A stretch of 64,000 nucleotides of DNA from Eledone cirrhosa (Eukaryota). Location of the stretch: contig OZ024756.1 of NCBI GenBank assembly GCA_964016885.1, positions 22,692,001-22,756,000 of the forward strand. The letters run 5' to 3'. The notes beneath the pieces are model-generated. The model worked only from the letters and a program-made list of their open reading frames with translations, had not been told where the DNA came from and did no database searches. Made by a program: the position numbers and the translations under genes. Of this stretch, positions 1 through 14,224 are shown piece after piece; positions within the stretch are counted from its first letter, which is position 1, and each line of letters starts with the position of its first letter.

Positions 1-276
1 TAGCTGTGTACAGGAACTGGTTTGAAAGAGCGGTTGCCGGTCCGGCAGAAATTAGAAATTGGAATAAATGCTCTGAAATAGCGATATATATGTGAATATA
101 GACATAGAATATTCGAAAATATTCTGTATGTTTATAATAAACATTTTGAAGACCTAATCGCTATAGAATAGAATACGTCACGTATTACAATTAGATTCTC
201 GATAAAAGCAAGGGAAGTAATCTACGCGTTTCATTCTTGTTAGAATTCATCAGGACTACATATCCAGTGCTTCTAT
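1..276 (-). repeat. Inverted partial copy of the 310-bp unit (runs off window start)
   Basis: 1-276 is the reverse complement of 408-683. The junction with the forward array overlaps at the microhomology TCTAT (272-276). Confidence 0.93.
217..259 (-). ncRNA. Type I hammerhead ribozyme in the inverted copy
   Basis: Exact reverse complement of 425-467. Confidence 0.9.
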
Positions 277-3200
277 ATTCACATATATATCGCTATTTCA
301 GAGCATTTATTCCAATTTCTAATTTCTGCCGGACCGGCAACCGCTCTTTCAAACCAGTTCCTGTACACAGCTAAGTATTCTATAAGTCTCTAGCTGTGTC
401 ATTCTCGATAGAAGCACTGGATATGTAGTCCTGATGAATTCTAACAAGAATGAAACGCGTAGATTACTTCCCTTGCTTTTATCGAGAATCTAATTGTAAT
501 ACGTGACGTATTCTATTCTATAGCGATTAGGTCTTCAAAATGTTTATTATAAACATACAGAATATTTTCGAATATTCTATGTCTATATTCACATATATAT
601 CGCTATTTCAGAGCATTTATTCCAATTTCTAATTTCTGCCGGACCGGCAACCGCTCTTTCAAACCAGTTCCTGTACACAGCTAAGTATTCTATAAGTCTC
701 TAGCTGTGTCATTCTCGATAGAAGCACTGGATATGTAGTCCTGATGAATTCTAACAAGAATGAAACGCGTAGATTACTTCCCTTGCTTTTATCGAGAATC
801 TAATTGTAATACGTGACGTATTCTATTCTATAGCGATTAGGTCTTCAAAATGTTTATTATAAACATACAGAATATTTTCGAATATTCTATGTCTATATTC
901 ACATATATATCGCTATTTCAGAGCATTTATTCCAATTTCTAATTTCTGCCGGACCGGCAACCGCTCTTTCAAACCAGTTCCTGTACACAGCTAAGTATTC
1001 TATAAGTCTCTAGCTGTGTCATTCTCGATAGAAGCACTGGATATGTAGTCCTGATGAATTCTAACAAGAATGAAACGCGTAGATTACTTCCCTTGCTTTT
1101 ATCGAGAATCTAATTGTAATACGTGACGTATTCTATTCTATAGCGATTAGGTCTTCAAAATGTTTATTATAAACATACAGAATATTTTCGAATATTCTAT
1201 GTCTATATTCACATATATATCGCTATTTCAGAGCATTTATTCCAATTTCTAATTTCTGCCGGACCGGCAACCGCTCTTTCAAACCAGTTCCTGTACACAG
1301 CTAAGTATTCTATAAGTCTCTAGCTGTGTCATTCTCGATAGAAGCACTGGATATGTAGTCCTGATGAATTCTAACAAGAATGAAACGCGTAGATTACTTC
1401 CCTTGCTTTTATCGAGAATCTAATTGTAATACGTGACGTATTCTATTCTATAGCGATTAGGTCTTCAAAATGTTTATTATAAACATACAGAATATTTTCG
1501 AATATTCTATGTCTATATTCACATATATATCGCTATTTCAGAGCATTTATTCCAATTTCTAATTTCTGCCGGACCGGCAACCGCTCTTTCAAACCAGTTC
1601 CTGTACACAGCTAAGTATTCTATAAGTCTCTAGCTGTGTCATTCTCGATAGAAGCACTGGATATGTAGTCCTGATGAATTCTAACAAGAATGAAACGCGT
1701 AGATTACTTCCCTTGCTTTTATCGAGAATCTAATTGTAATACGTGACGTATTCTATTCTATAGCGATTAGGTCTTCAAAATGTTTATTATAAACATACAG
1801 AATATTTTCGAATATTCTATGTCTATATTCACATATATATCGCTATTTCAGAGCATTTATTCCAATTTCTAATTTCTGCCGGACCGGCAACCGCTCTTTC
1901 AAACCAGTTCCTGTACACAGCTAAGTATTCTATAAGTCTCTAGCTGTGTCATTCTCGATAGAAGCACTGGATATGTAGTCCTGATGAATTCTAACAAGAA
2001 TGAAACGCGTAGATTACTTCCCTTGCTTTTATCGAGAATCTAATTGTAATACGTGACGTATTCTATTCTATAGCGATTAGGTCTTCAAAATGTTTATTAT
2101 AAACATACAGAATATTTTCGAATATTCTATGTCTATATTCACATATATATCGCTATTTCAGAGCATTTATTCCAATTTCTAATTTCTGCCGGACCGGCAA
2201 CCGCTCTTTCAAACCAGTTCCTGTACACAGCTAAGTATTCTATAAGTCTCTAGCTGTGTCATTCTCGATAGAAGCACTGGATATGTAGTCCTGATGAATT
2301 CTAACAAGAATGAAACGCGTAGATTACTTCCCTTGCTTTTATCGAGAATCTAATTGTAATACGTGACGTATTCTATTCTATAGCGATTAGGTCTTCAAAA
2401 TGTTTATTATAAACATACAGAATATTTTCGAATATTCTATGTCTATATTCACATATATATCGCTATTTCAGAGCATTTATTCCAATTTCTAATTTCTGCC
2501 GGACCGGCAACCGCTCTTTCAAACCAGTTCCTGTACACAGCTAAGTATTCTATAAGTCTCTAGCTGTGTCATTCTCGATAGAAGCACTGGATATGTAGTC
2601 CTGATGAATTCTAACAAGAATGAAACGCGTAGATTACTTCCCTTGCTTTTATCGAGAATCTAATTGTAATACGTGACGTATTCTATTCTATAGCGATTAG
2701 GTCTTCAAAATGTTTATTATAAACATACAGAATATTTTCGAATATTCTATGTCTATATTCACATATATATCGCTATTTCAGAGCATTTATTCCAATTTCT
2801 AATTTCTGCCGGACCGGCAACCGCTCTTTCAAACCAGTTCCTGTACACAGCTAAGTATTCTATAAGTCTCTAGCTGTGTCATTCTCGATAGAAGCACTGG
2901 ATATGTAGTCCTGATGAATTCTAACAAGAATGAAACGCGTAGATTACTTCCCTTGCTTTTATCGAGAATCTAATTGTAATACGTGACGTATTCTATTCTA
3001 TAGCGATTAGGTCTTCAAAATGTTTATTATAAACATACAGAATATTTTCGAATATTCTATGTCTATATTCACATATATATCGCTATTTCAGAGCATTTAT
3101 TCCAATTTCTAATTTCTGCCGGACCGGCAACCGCTCTTTCAAACCAGTTCCTGTACACAGCTAAGTATTCTATAAGTCTCTAGCTGTGTCATTCTCGATA

Positions 3201-4968
3201 GAAGCACTGGATATGTAGTCCTGATGAATTCTAACAAGAATGAAACGCGTAGATTACTTCCCTTGCTTTTATCGAGAATCTAATTGTAATACGTGACGTA
3301 TTCTATTCTATAGCGATTAGGTCTTCAAAATGTTTATTATAAACATACAGAATATTTTCGAATATTCTATGTCTATATTCACATATATATCGCTATTTCA
3401 GAGCATTTATTCCAATTTCTAATTTCTGCCGGACCGGCAACCGCTCTTTCAAACCAGTTCCTGTACACAGCTAAGTATTCTATAAGTCTCTAGCTGTGTC
3501 ATTCTCGATAGAAGCACTGGATATGTAGTCCTGATGAATTCTAACAAGAATGAAACGCGTAGATTACTTCCCTTGCTTTTATCGAGAATCTAATTGTAAT
3601 ACGTGACGTATTCTATTCTATAGCGATTAGGTCTTCAAAATGTTTATTATAAACATACAGAATATTTTCGAATATTCTATGTCTATATTCACATATATAT
3701 CGCTATTTCAGAGCATTTATTCCAATTTCTAATTTCTGCCGGACCGGCAACCGCTCTTTCAAACCAGTTCCTGTACACAGCTAAGTATTCTATAAGTCTC
3801 TAGCTGTGTCATTCTCGATAGAAGCACTGGATATGTAGTCCTGATGAATTCTAACAAGAATGAAACGCGTAGATTACTTCCCTTGCTTTTATCGAGAATC
3901 TAATTGTAATACGTGACGTATTCTATTCTATAGCGATTAGGTCTTCAAAATGTTTATTATAAACATACAGAATATTTTCGAATATTCTATGTCTATATTC
4001 ACATATATATCGCTATTTCAGAGCATTTATTCCAATTTCTAATTTCTGCCGGACCGGCAACCGCTCTTTCAAACCAGTTCCTGTACACAGCTAAGTATTC
4101 TATAAGTCTCTAGCTGTGTCATTCTCGATAGAAGCACTGGATATGTAGTCCTGATGAATTCTAACAAGAATGAAACGCGTAGATTACTTCCCTTGCTTTT
4201 ATCGAGAATCTAATTGTAATACGTGACGTATTCTATTCTATAGCGATTAGGTCTTCAAAATGTTTATTATAAACATACAGAATATTTTCGAATATTCTAT
4301 GTCTATATTCACATATATATCGCTATTTCAGAGCATTTATTCCAATTTCTAATTTCTGCCGGACCGGCAACCGCTCTTTCAAACCAGTTCCTGTACACAG
4401 CTAAGTATTCTATAAGTCTCTAGCTGTGTCATTCTCGATAGAAGCACTGGATATGTAGTCCTGATGAATTCTAACAAGAATGAAACGCGTAGATTACTTC
4501 CCTTGCTTTTATCGAGAATCTAATTGTAATACGTGACGTATTCTATTCTATAGCGATTAGGTCTTCAAAATGTTTATTATAAACATACAGAATATTTTCG
4601 AATATTCTATGTCTATATTCACATATATATCGCTATTTCAGAGCATTTATTCCAATTTCTAATTTCTGCCGGACCGGCAACCGCTCTTTCAAACCAGTTC
4701 CTGTACACAGCTAAGTATTCTATAAGTCTCTAGCTGTGTCATTCTCGATAGAAGCACTGGATATGTAGTCCTGATGAATTCTAACAAGAATGAAACGCGT
4801 AGATTACTTCCCTTGCTTTTATCGAGAATCTAATTGTAATACGTGACGTATTCTATTCTATAGCGATTAGGTCTTCAAAATGTTTATTATAAACATACAG
4901 AATATTTTCGAATATTCTATGTCTATATTCACATATATATCGCTATTTCAGAGCATTTATTCCAATTT

Positions 4969-4970
<2 letters not shown>
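272..4970 (+). repeat. 310-bp tandem array (~15.2 copies), one type I hammerhead ribozyme per unit; retrozyme/Penelope-pLTR-like
   Basis: GAGCATTTAT recurs at 301, 611, 921 ... 4951 (period 310). CTGATGA cores at 431+310n up to 4771. Copies look identical by eye. The array ends at TCCAATTTCT directly into (TA)n. Confidence 0.95.
425..467 (+). ncRNA. Type I hammerhead ribozyme (first of 15 forward copies, +310n)
   Basis: Stem I GTAGTC/GATTAC; CTGATGA 431-437; stem II ATTCT-AACA-AGAAT; GAAA 452-455; minimal palindromic stem III ACGCGT; GUA triplet with cleavage predicted after 461. Stem I is extended by 401-416 pairing with 474-489. Confidence 0.92.
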
Positions 4971-5037
<67 letters not shown>

Positions 5038-5038
5038 G

Positions 5039-5102
<64 letters not shown>

Positions 5103-5529
5103 TACGGACATATATATATATATATACACACGCACACAGAAATATATACATATATATATATATCTATATATATTCAACTTCGTGTTATATTGGAATGAAG
5201 TGTGGTGAAATGTGTCTTGTTAAGATATGTGGGATGAAATAACAAAATCAACAACTCTTTGTTCTTTGTTTCTTCTCTTTGATACTTTTAATGTTCGTAT
5301 GACCGTTTTGGTTTTTACTTTGATTTTCTTATTTTGAGATTACTTTAATTAAATAGCTCTACTTGATATTCTCGTCATTTAGATTCTACAAATGGTTGTT
5401 TTGATAAGATTGTTCTTCAAACGCTGTTATTGGAAGGCTAACTATATATGCAAAAAATAGACACATACACGTGCAGCTATATCATATATAAATATACATA
5501 CACACACACACACAGACATACGCAGACAT

Positions 5530-5596
<67 letters not shown>

Positions 5597-5772
5597 ACAT
5601 TTGTATACATATTTACGCACACATACACATTATCATATGTATACATATATATATATATATTTCGTTTCTGAATTTGTGGCGTATGCGCAGACTGAGCACA
5701 CAACACACACACAGAAACAAAATGGCGTAGGACAACAAAGGAGAGGCACAAAAACAAAGAAAAGAATCCCCA

Positions 5773-5815
5773 GTCACTGAAGAGGTCACAGAATGTGTTA
5801 CGAAAGAACTTTGAC
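5773..5815 (+). ncRNA. Minimal type I hammerhead-like motif
   Basis: GTCA-CTGAAGA-GGTCACAGAATGTGTTAC-GAAA-GAAC-TT-TGAC: stem I GTCA/TGAC, imperfect stem II, 2-bp stem III, CUU triplet. A decayed homolog lies at ~62852-62895. Confidence 0.6.
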
Positions 5816-6051
5816 AATATATAAACAGCTATCTGGTTGTGGAACCAACCAACCAGCCAGAAATTTGTAAATTCCTAAATTTATAAATTTATTATAATAA
5901 ATTGAAGTGAAAGCATGTGGTGCGCGTGTTTCTTATTGGCAACATGACCCTCCCAAAGTATAACAATATATATATATATTTTCACATTACGTAAATGCAT
6001 ACAAATACACATTATTTATATATATATAATATATATATATATATATAATAT

Positions 6052-6098
<47 letters not shown>

Positions 6099-6334
6099 TA
6101 TATATAATATATATATATATAATATATATACATATATATATATAATATATTTATATAAATATATATGTGTGTACATTATATATATATACACACATTATAT
6201 ATGCATATAGATAACGTACGTATGTATGTATATAAATATAAACATATATGTCTACATATATATATGTATATATATGTATCTATATAAATATATATATATA
6301 TATATGTGCATACATACATACGTACATACATACA

Positions 6335-7490
<1,156 letters not shown>

Positions 7491-7539
7491 ACATACATAC
7501 ATACATACATACATACATACATACATACATACATACATA

Positions 7540-7845
7540 GGACCATTGATGAGGAGCTTACAAATCCAGTATCCAAGATACACCTTTAGCTTCATACCCA
7601 TCATTATTGGTGCTACGGGTTATATACCAACCCGCTTGGACCAAAGTATGACTGAACTTGGATTTGCGGACAAAAAGCGCAGCTCCCTAATTCATAGTCT
7701 ACAAATGGCTGCGATAGCTGGCACCTTCAAAATATGCAAAACATTCTTGCGATTCAAGGGATGACAATTTCTTTTCTTTTACAACCTTGCCACCAGGAAG
7801 GTGGCCGGTCAAAAAAATATACTCAAAATTAAGAGAAAGAGAAAA
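7540..7845 (+). mobile_element. 5'-truncated RLE-endonuclease non-LTR retrotransposon (R4/Dong-like) 3' end
   Basis: Peptide PLMRSLQIQYPRYTFSFIPIIIGATGYIP...LGF...LQMAAIAGTFKICKTFL* resembles the RLE C-terminus (PIxIGAxG). A short 3' UTR follows. Flanked on both sides by (CATA)n. Confidence 0.65.
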
Positions 7846-8543
7846 CATACATACATACATACATACATACATACATACATACATACATACATACATACAT
7901 ACATGCATACATGCATACATACATACATACATACATACATACATACATACATACATACATACATACATGCATACATGCATACATACAAATCGAATTTGTT
8001 GAATCGTTATAGCGTGGGAAATAATTCGCTGCGGTAATCTTTCTTCTTTGAAATCAAATTCAATCCACAATATTTCTGGCTTTCATCATGTCGGTTCCGA
8101 CTATAAAAGCATTAAAGAACCAATTCTATGCAGAATCGATACCTCTCCCCCTCGCCGTCTTCCTCCATCACAGCCCCTTCAGGCATACACCCCTAATTTG
8201 AAGGTCCAGTTTTGTTTCTGCTTTAGAAGTGTGTTAAGTGTACAAGCTTCTATACATCCATTTAGTAGTTCAGCCATATTTAATTCAAGTGAAGAGAATT
8301 CATTTGGTCAAACTAGTTATCTGCTCAACCTTCAAAAAGACGATGAACCCTATTGCACTAGGAAATGTGTGAAACCACACAGGCACGCTCACACACACAC
8401 ACGCTCACACACACATACACACAAACACACACACGCTCGCACACACATACTTCTTTTCCTATGAGTATGCTTCATGTCTATACAAATATATGCGTACATA
8501 TATATACATATATAGATATACATATATACACACATATATATAT

Positions 8544-8591
<48 letters not shown>

Positions 8592-8596
8592 ATAGT

Positions 8597-8875
8597 GGAG
8601 GCACGTGGCCTAGTGGTAAGGGTGTTGCACTTACGATCATAATGTCGTGAGCTCGATTCCTGGGCTGCGTGTTGTGTTCTTGAGCAAAACACTTCATTTC
8701 ACGTTGCTCCAGTATACTCAGCTGTAAATGAGTACCAGCAATAGCTGGGTGTTTACCCTGCGATGGACTGGCGTCCTGTCCAGGGGGGGGGGGGTCTTGT
8801 ACTCTCAGTGGCTTCACGACATGAGACCGGGATAAGCACCGACCAAATGAGCCTTCTGGCTTAAGACAGACTTTA
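8597..8875 (+). mobile_element. tRNA-derived SINE, family B (full length)
   Basis: A-box-like TGGCCTAGTGG, B-box-like GCTCGATTCC, central TTGAGCAAAACACTT and GATGGACTGGCGTCCTGTCCAGGG. Homologs at 12148-12250, 36720-36975(-), 51585-52195 and 61018-61130(-). Confidence 0.8.
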
Positions 8876-8905
8876 GAATTTTTAGATATATATATACATA
8901 TATAT

Positions 8906-8960
<55 letters not shown>

Positions 8961-9165
8961 GATGTGTGTGTGTGTTTATTTATGTGTTTGATGTATGCGT
9001 GTGTACGTGATATAATAGAAATATATATATAAACATGCATATATATATATATATTGATATATACATGCACACATACACACACACACACACATGAAGAGGT
9101 AAATATTTATATTATATTTTTTAATGTATTTTGAAAAATTGATTGAATTTTACTTGTTCTGCTTA

Positions 9166-9201
<36 letters not shown>

Positions 9202-9234
9202 CTCACATGCATAGACATACCCACACACATTTGC

Positions 9235-9270
<36 letters not shown>

Positions 9271-9609
9271 CTATGTGTGTGTGTGTGTGTGTGTGCGCGC
9301 GTCTGTGTGGGTGAGTATGTATACACATATATCCATATACATATTTGTGTATTAGTGTACAGGCATGCATGCAAGTCTAAAAATGTCAAAATCAATATCG
9401 ATTAATCTTTGAGTAGATTAAAAGAAACAAATCAAGCATAACCATATCAAGATAAATATTTATATTTAGCTTCCATTCTAACAACATATATCAACAAGGT
9501 TAATAACAACATGATGATAGATAATTAATTGTAAAACATAACAACACACTGTACACACAATGACGAGAACAATAACAATATACGCAACAGCGATATATAT
9601 GCACACATA

Positions 9610-10145
9610 TACACACACACACAACACACACACACATACAACACACACACACATATACAACACACACACACACATATACAACACACACACATACATACAA
9701 CACACACACACACATACAACACACACACACACATACAACACACACATACAACACACACACATACAACACACACATACAACACACACACACACAGATACAA
9801 CACACACACACATACAACACACACACACAACACACACATACAACACACACATACACACACATACAACACACACATACAACACACACACACACATACAACA
9901 CACACACACACATACAACACACACATACAACACACACACATACAACACACACATACAACACACACACACACAGATACAACACACACACACATACAACACA
10001 CACATACAACACACACACAACACACACACACATATACACACACTCACACATACAACACAACACACACACGCACATACAACACACACACACATACAACACA
10101 CACACGCACACACATACAACACACGCACACACATACATACACACA
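9610..10145. repeat. Degenerate (CA)n/CATACAA compound microsatellite
   Basis: Repeated ACACACACATACA units. Confidence 0.9.
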
Positions 10146-10300
10146 TATATATATATATATATCAAACTTCTATTTTGTACCTAATTCCGTGTAGTTAACT
10201 AATTGTGTAGTTAATTTCTACAGGCTAAAAGAAATAATTAGATAAGTGTCATATTGCTGTATATCGCGGAAAAGAATATGGATCATTTGTCTATTATTTC

Positions 10301-10486
10301 GTGGATTGGCAGTATCAGTAGAGGGTCGGACGCCATGCTTTCCAGCATAGTTACGTCCCTTTACTATCTGAGTTCAAATCCCGCCGAGGTTGACTTTGCC
10401 TTTCATCCTTACGGGGTCGATAAAAGAAAGTACCAGTAATGCACTGGATAATTGCTGACCTTGTGCCTAAAGTAGAAACAATTATT
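10301..10486 (+). mobile_element. tRNA-derived SINE, family A (Meta-domain-like core)
   Basis: GGATTGGCAGTATC...GAGTTCAAATCCC (B box)...GCCTTTCATCCTTACGGGGTCGATAAAA..AGTACCAG...GTAGAAACAATTATT. More than 25 full or partial copies occur in the window. Confidence 0.85.
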
Positions 10487-10635
10487 TCTTCATAAGTACA
10501 TTTTAAACTTATAGCCTCGTTTAAATGATATTTTATGTGGTTAATTTATGCTGAATGGGAGAGGAAATACTGTATATATTTTATCTAATAGTTCTTTGGA
10601 TTTACATATATACACATATATATATATATATATTT

Positions 10636-11097
10636 ATTTATTAAAATAACAGATTAAAGTTTAAGCAAAGAATCGCTGCTTTCACCCTTAACGGGATCTT
10701 CTGAAACTAACAAAGTCAATCTGTAAACGCAGAACTGGATATTTCAAAAAACACTGCAACTGGAGGAAGTCAGGAAGACGATACTACGGTTCTTATATAT
10801 TTGATATATATTTATCCTTATCGAGCCCTCTTTGGATTTTAGTCTTGAAATTTATTATTATTACTATATATATATATATTAAAATAACAGATTAAAGTTT
10901 AAGCAAAGAACCACTGCTTTCACCCTTAACTGTGTTTCAGAAGATCCCGTTAAGGGTGAAAGCAACGATTCTTTGCTTAAACTTTAATCTCTTATTTTAA
11001 TAAATATTTGCTCTACGGTTCTTATATATTTGATATATATTTATCCTTATCGAGCCCTCTTTGGATTTTAGTCTTCAAATTTATTATTATTACTATA
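10636..11097. mobile_element. Fold-back (TA)n-inserted element with HHR-like motif (CAGAAGA core)
   Basis: Inverted arms 10879-10930 and 10950-11000. 10934-10982 reads GTTT-CAGAAGA-TCCCGTTAAGGGT-GAAA-GCA..TGC-TT-AAAC. Other copies at 40752-40890 and 57876-57952. Confidence 0.6.
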
Positions 11098-11459
11098 TAT
11101 ATATATATAATTCAATATAGAGAGGAGAAAACACAAAAGAGTGTTTTCAATTACAGGGGGTAGAAGACCACTAGAGTGAAAAACAACAACTACGAAAGGT
11201 ATGTGAGATACATTATAATTAAAGAGATAAACGCGAGTCTTTACCTCTGTCGTTTCATTTGATATATATATATATATTCTGCTTCGTAGAATCGAGACAT
11301 ATCTGAGGATCTTGCGATTTCTGAGTCAGGTTTGATCATAGCGTCGATCGTGCCTCAAGCTGGTCGCCAGAGAATCGATTGTAATATGTCTAATAAATCT
11401 TATTCGTCGCATCACTGATTCTTCGTTTCTTATGTGATACACACACACACACATATACC

Positions 11460-11498
<39 letters not shown>

Positions 11499-12279
11499 GT
11501 GTGTATATATATATATGTATGTGTGTGTGTGTGTGTGTGTAATATGATACGATAAAGTGAAAACCTGTAGTAATCGAAGGATACACACACACACGTGTGT
11601 GTATCGTATGTCAGTAATGCTTTAGAAAATTAAATATTTATCAAAGAGTTGATTGCTCAGAGACACTTTTCAACGAAAAGTCTATTACCATGTAAATAGT
11701 AACGGGGTGTAGTGATAGTATAAACATTACGAGGGAATGTGTTTTACATCCTTCCGGTGGATTAATGTATCTACGTAAACAGCATAATATTATTGTTTAT
11801 ATATGCAATTAGATGCCAACTTAAGTTGCGCATCAGTCAGTTTTCATCTCTTTTCTAGAAATCTCTAAGAAAATTTCTTTTAATGACAGCTTTTATGCGT
11901 CCATACTGAATAGCTGCATCAATTCATTTGCCTGCTTTGCAGAGTTGGCAATACTTTGTTCCAATTATTTAAGATGTAGAAGTATTATTACCTTTACCTT
12001 CACTATTGATCGATTTTAGCCAATATTTTCCGACACTATTCCCCACCCGACACACTCACAATTTTATTTTTTTTATATTCGAATCTGATCTTAAGAAGTA
12101 TAACATGCCAATCGACCCAAGCTTCGCACATTCAAAATTAGCTTGACTGAGTGGTAAGAGAATTGGATTCACAACCATGAGGTTCTAAGTTTGATTCCTG
12201 GACTGTGCGATGCGTGTTGTCCCTGATCAAGACACTTTATTTCACGCTACTCCTTCTGCGTGGAGTTACGACCGATAAC

Positions 12280-12383
12280 CACAGTAAGTAAGGTACTCAA
12301 TACATAGCAGAGTATAAAAGTTTTAATATATATGAGATTCTACAGGACTAGAACTGCTTCATTCTTTAGAAATCATCAGGAAA
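12280..12383 (-). mobile_element. Fragment of HHR-bearing pLTR-like family (same family as 29885-30085, 31820-31947, 43051-43210, 62730-62778)
   Basis: Shared CTACAGGACTAGAACTG.TTCATTC...CATCAGG and ACAGTAAGTAAGGTACTCAATACA. GAAA is mutated to GAAG in this copy. Confidence 0.7.
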
Positions 12384-12400
12384 TATATATATATATATGA

Positions 12401-12590
12401 AGGCGATGGATTGGCGGCATCGGTCAACATGCTTTTTGACATAGGGTTACACCCCCTTTCAGATCTGAGTTCAAATCCTACCTAGATTAGCTTTACCTTT
12501 CATCCTAACTGAGTGGATAAAATAAAGCACCAGTAATACATAATACACTGGGTAATTGCTGGCCTTGTGCCAAAAGTAGAAATGGTATCA
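12401..12590 (+). mobile_element. SINE family A
   Basis: Same head, B box, core and tail as 10301-10486. Confidence 0.8.
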
Positions 12591-12949
12591 TTACTATTGA
12601 GTAACAATAAAATTGTCCATGTTTCATTGAATTTAGGTCAAGTGAGTTTTCTCAAACGTATTAAAACGTAGATGGAGGCTGCTTCAGGATTACACGTGCT
12701 TCTGTTACTTGTAACTGTTACTTGTGCTGACAACAATGCATATACCTGTGGCTACTATTGTTCGAACTTTTCCTGCTGCTCGTACTGCTGTTAATATTGT
12801 TACTTCTTACTATTACTATTCCGACTGTTTTCCTCCTGTGCTACTTCTACTACTGCTACACATGCAACAATGAATTGAATACAAACTGTGATCACGTACT
12901 ACTGGTGAAGTAGATTTTCTATTTCTTTGATATTATATTACTCTGAGGA

Positions 12950-13730
12950 CGGTTGAATGGCAATATCGGGAGAGGGTCGGACGCCATGCTTTGCGTCATA
13001 GAGTTACGCCCCATTTACGGTCTGAGTTCAAATCCCGCCGAGGTTAACTTTGTCTTTCATCCTTACGGAGTCGATTAAATAAAGTACCAGTAATGCACTG
13101 GGGTAATTGCCTGTCTTGTGCCAAAAATAGAAACAATTATATTACTCTGAGGACTGTTTATTGGCAGTATCGATAGAGCTTCAGACACTATGCTTTGAAA
13201 CATAGTGCTACATCCCTTTACATTCTAAGTTCAAATCCCGCCGAGGTTAACTTTGCCTTTCATCCTTGCGGGGTCGATAAAATAAAGTACCAGTAACGTA
13301 CTGGGTAATTGCTGGCCTTGTGCCAAAAAGTAGAAAATTATATTATATGGATTGGCAGTATCGGCAGAGGGTCCGACGCCATGCTTTCCAACATAGTTAC
13401 GTCCCTTTACGATCTGAGTTCAAATCCCGCCGAGGTTGACTTTATTTTATCGACCCCGTAAGGATGAAAGGCAAAGTACCAGTAATGCACTGGGGTAATT
13501 GCCTGTCTTGTGCCAAAAATAGAAACAATTATATTACTCTGAGGGCTGTGTGTTGGCACTATCGATAGAGCTTCAGACACTATGCTTTGAAAGATAGTGC
13601 TACGGCCCTTTACATTCTAAGTTCAAATCCCGCCGAGGTTAACTTTGCCTTTCATCCTTGCGGGGTCGATAAAATAAAGTACCAGTAATGCACTGGTGTA
13701 ATAGCTGGCCAACAGTTGAAGCAATTATAT
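12950..13730 (+). mobile_element. Four tandem SINE family A copies
   Basis: Heads at ~12950, 13150, 13349 and 13543. Copies 1+2 resemble copies 3+4, suggesting a dimer duplication. Confidence 0.85.
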
Positions 13731-14224
13731 TACTTGAACACAGGCAATTGTATGGTTCTACGTTCTGAGTTTGATCCAGAGGTACCTTGACTTTCTATTC
13801 AATATCTTTCCATGATACCTTGGATAAAAGTCTTCTGCTTTAGCGTCGGGTCTACCAGACACATATGGCTGAAGTTTGGGCGACAGAATGTGGATAGGAA
13901 CTCGTCTGAGACGCCAGTACTTTTCAAATACGATACACTGAAATCGTCACCGTGTTTAACCCTCACCAAATGCCTGTTGGCGAACTTTATCTGATTAAAC
14001 TTTAATGCAAGAATTACTAGAGAGACCTGGTTGGGTGATAGTTTCCTCTCTTCTTGCTACCAGGTGTCAGACAAGTTGTTACTCAACGCTTGGCTTCATC
14101 CGAAGATTAAGTCATTTAAATAAAACAGAACAGAACTGTATAATTCTACATAACATTGCTAAATATATAATGAAATAACTAAAAATGGAGTAAAACAATA
14201 TACATTCTTTTACTATAATACAGA

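Noticed and set aside
272-4970. rDNA/5S/snRNA/tRNA tandem gene array
   Set aside because: No recognisable 5S, tRNA or snRNA sequence; the HHR explains the unit.
10301-10390. tRNA gene
   Set aside because: Only the tRNA-derived head of a SINE; no cloverleaf.
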